DNA of 63,747 bases, filler included, from Octopus bimaculoides (taxonomy: Eukaryota): NCBI RefSeq assembly GCF_001194135.2. It is 9 parts of 8 records of this genome, joined end to end, with 100 filler letters (N's around TTAATTAATTAA, not from the genome) between each part and the next. Parts side by side here need not be neighbours in the genome. Positions count along the whole stretch, not along the records: positions 52,152 to 62,572 come from NC_069002.1; positions 62,673 to 63,747 come from NW_026356811.1; 7 more parts are not named here. One strand, given 5' to 3'. Shown one piece after another: positions 60,179-63,747 of the stretch (its first letter is position 1; every line of letters begins with the position of its first letter). The notes below the pieces were generated by a model. That model was not told the origin of the DNA and did no database searches. It saw only the letters and a program-made list of their open reading frames with translations. The position numbers and the translations under genes were made by a program.

Positions 60179-62510
60179 ACGAGAGAAACAGTTTCAAACT
60201 GCTTTTAAAAAAAGATAAACGTAAAGCTCGTTGGCCAGCAAACTCATTGCCCGTAACTTGAAATGACAACAGTACAAGGAAATCTGCTTCTACCAAAACT
60301 AACAGTTAACGGAAGCCAGCAGATTCCAAGACAGACAAAGAATTCAGAATTCTGCAGAATCAGAACCTTGCTATTAACATTTTAACATTTTCAATGAGCA
60401 TAAAACTATTCATTGCTGAGAAAATCCCTGCGGATTATGACGAAACGACATTCAGATTTCATAGGATTTGAAGATAATTAATGTTTTTGTTAGAGATCAC
60501 AGATATTTTTTTAAAAACTTGTTATTGTTTTCTGCTTGGTAGCTTTATCTCTTCGAAAATGCTTTATCTCATTGCTAAACTGGTTTTATTTCTGTTTTAT
60601 GTTCTAACTCTACCAGTAACATATGTAAATGTTTTCGAAGATGGTTTTGATTTTTGCTGCCATGTTTTAATACAGCACTCAGCATTCATCTCTATTCTCA
60701 CAGTAAAATAATGCATTTTGTTGTTTGTTTTCCTGGTATGCCTCTATTTTCATCGTTCCTAGTAACTTATTGTTATAAAATGTTCTAAACTACTACGAAA
60801 CTACATTTGTTTTCTCTTGTAAACTATAGAAGAATTGTTAATAAAAATATTTTTCTTCCTGCTCTAAGTTGAAACATTTTCCCGTCTAACTATGGCAACA
60901 TATATCAATAAATATTAAATGATTAAGAACACTAAATTTTGTTTTTAAATATTCCCAGATGAAATGTGGAGAGGATTTTGCATGTCCGGGTGACTTATAT
61001 GCCATAAATATGATAAATTAAATTAATATAAGAAAAACCTGAATTTATATCTCGTGTCTTGTTTCGAACTTCAAGTCCATCAAAAGGTTTTATTAATACA
61101 AAACAGAGATTTCTGTCAACCTTAAACTTAGCACGGACAATAAAAAACCGTATTCCCCTGTAGCATTTGTACCTCAGAATCCTTTAAATTTATTTTCGCC
61201 ATCATCAGACAGTTTAAACCTTTGAAATAGTCTTATTTTACAAGCGTAGGATTTTTGGAACTGTGAAGCATTTCAAATAATTTATTGAACACATTCCCAC
61301 AACATTCTCTAAAATATTATATTCATCTAGTATTTTTATCTCATATTTCTCCCTAGATGATAGAAGTAAAATATATAGTCACAGTCTATCAGCTACAATA
61401 TTTTCCCAAAAACAACAGCTGCTTCAGTATCGCCTGCCTGGCTATAACATATCAAAGAAATTACACAATAGCAGTAAATAAACCTGGATTGTAGATTCTA
61501 GTAGAGCCCCACCTTTTGATTGTTTAAAATTCGATTTAATTATTGTGTAACTATTCAATTTACAATCTATAACTTTCTATTAAATCATCAACTTATTAAA
61601 TCGCATTAAGTATATCTAATAATAGTTAACATTAAAATTTATTTATTTGTCACCTCTAATTAAATTGATTATAAGTGCTTTTAGACACTAATTATTCCAC
61701 ATCATCTTCTTCACCTATTCAGTCAGACGTTCTTATTATCTACGTTCCTTCTTTTAATCTCTAATTTGATCTCCTACAGTGTTATATTATAACCCTTTAT
61801 TTTCGAGCTTACATTTCAATGTATTCAGATTTCCTTTGAATGTGATACCATATTTTTGTAATGCTTAAAAAATAGTATGAGTGACTTACAATAAATCAGA
61901 GTGCTTCAAGTCGCAACATAGTTTATACTCAAACATTGTTTGTGGAAAAGATTTTATGCAAATATAGTAACACGGTCATCAGTTGATTTCACCCTCATAA
62001 AAGATGCTATCTTGAGATATGCAATCTCTTTTTAAATAATACCATTACTTTAAACTATTTAAAACGGCGATAGGCAAACTACTCCTCTGTCTTTTTGTCT
62101 GTCGGTTGTCTGTCTGTCTATCCCCCTTCTCTCTTTTTATACAGAGAAAGAAAGAGAGAGAGAAAGTTTACTGCCATATATATTTCCGATATGGCGTAAC
62201 CCTGCATAAAAAAGATTGTAACTTTGAAATACTCACGTTTTAACCCCTTACCTTGTAGAAGGTGTTCTCTACATCTTAGCCAATACTATAACAACCTACG
62301 AGGTCCTTGTTATTTTTTCTGCTTTGATTAACTTCAATGTTGCCTTAGACATGTTTAGATTACAGGGTTTAATATATTTAGTTTCACACATTAACTTTTC
62401 CTTTGATTTCATAAGGTTTTACTTTATGTTGACTTAGTTTAAATAACACCAAATAACTCTCAGTGATAGCTTGTAACTTACGCACACACACACACATACA
62501 CGCACACACC

Positions 62511-62572
<62 letters not shown>

Positions 62573-62811
62573 NNNNNNNNNNNNNNNNNNNNNNNNNNNN
62601 NNNNNNNNNNNNNNNNTTAATTAATTAANNNNNNNNNNNNNNNNNNNNNNNNNNNNNNNNNNNNNNNNNNNNTATGCATATACTCATATATTGTTTATAT
62701 ATATATATATATGTATGTATATGCTATACTCGTCTCATTTAAATGAGCACTTCTCTTGCAGTCCCTATTAACCCTCTTGTTCCTAATAAGAAACAACCAC
62801 TATTATTACTG

Positions 62812-62843
<32 letters not shown>

Positions 62844-62990
62844 ATACACATATGGGAGGTACTGGTATCCAGAAGATCCAAGATGGCAGGTAAGACTATG
62901 TAAGCGTTATGGGAGAACCGTAGTTAGACTCTCGGTTCGGTAATAATACGAGTGAGGAGTCTAACGCAGGTCTTGTGTGAGCAGGGATAT

Positions 62991-63467
62991 GTTGAATAAA
63001 ATGAGACAACAAAACCAAGGCCGTGTGGAGTTTATTGGACATTTATAAAGAGAAAGGTAGTCTTACAGCTGTTTCTGGGATGTTAGGGATATCCCTTCAT
63101 CAGAGACTATATGGGAGAGTTAACTAGTGGGAAATAGCAGGGTTCAATATAAGGAGGTATTCTGGAAAAGGATGGATATAAAAGGTATAAAGGGAAATAA
63201 GAGAATGAAAACAAAAATAAATGTAAAAATATATGTAGGATGTTACAGTTATAGTTCCATTATCCAAAGAAAGAGCTGTGTAGAATGGGTAAAAATGCTT
63301 CTTGTCCATGGTATGTAGATTCCGATAGGAGTTCGTATTTTGTTATTACGAGTGGATAACGTGCAGACATAAATTCCATGTGCTGTTCATGGAAACAGTA
63401 CCTTTTTCTTTATAAATATCCTATAAATTCCACACAGCCTTGGTTTTGTTACCTCATTTTATTTAAC
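62991..63467. mobile_element. Inverted-repeat element (arms 62991-63059 / 63399-63467), PLE terminal repeat-like
   Basis: The 69-bp arms are reverse complements; an HHR abuts the left arm and an HHR remnant (GAAACAG) abuts the right arm. Confidence 0.7.
63058..63109 (-). ncRNA. Minimal type-I hammerhead ribozyme with intact core
   Basis: TAGTCT-CTGATGA-A-GGGAT atccctaac ATCCC-A-GAA-ACAGCTGT-A-AGACTA: perfect 6-bp stem I, palindromic stem III, GUA triplet (cleavage after 63064 on the minus strand). Confidence 0.85.
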
Positions 63468-63747
63468 ACGCACACCTTCTTTTCTACTCTAGGCACTCTA
63501 GGTTTCGTGTGTGTTGATACCCACGACAGTATTGATCAGCAAAAACGATTGACTAGAATTACATAACTTTAAATGCTTGTAACTTCTTTATTATTAATTT
63601 ATAGAAATATGAACACGATTTTCATCATCAACCTGCAAAACAACAAAACTACATAATTTTGAAAACAATCTGATGAAAATTTGTAAAACATCAAGTGACC
63701 GAAGAAATTTAACAACATCCTTTATATGTATGAAACATCAACATACG

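Noticed and set aside
61355-61500. Acceptor-like TTTCTCCCTAG followed by 40-45 open codons
   Set aside because: No donor and no recognisable peptide; compatible with chance.

Overview
AT-rich eukaryotic draft-assembly DNA with many N gaps and abundant microsatellites. The SINE, RTE and microsatellite complement resembles a coleoid cephalopod such as Octopus (inference from pattern recognition, not a database hit). No host protein-coding gene could be established, and nearly all interpretable sequence derives from transposons. Elements found: several tRNA-derived SINE families; RTE LINE 5' and 3' pieces; a CR1/Jockey-like 3' piece; an R4/Dong-type LINE sitting in (TAA)n; four Penelope-like element (PLE) coding relics; two DD37E (TRT-type) and three Incomer-like (DD36E-type) Tc1 copies; two or three Helitrons; and hAT-, piggyBac- and pogo-like MITEs. 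The main unexplained signal is a set of minimal type-I hammerhead ribozyme (HHR) motifs. One lies inside a tRNA-headed SINE (39022-39290), a candidate Pol III SINE/retrozyme hybrid with a PLE-type tail. One has an intact core in an inverted PLE terminal repeat (63058-63109), one is in a PLE 3' region (36191-36235), and three variants have greatly extended stem II (9799-10906). Also notable are a 176-bp local templated insertion with 12-bp direct repeats and a duplicated, codon-conserved coding relic of unknown identity (17626-18330).
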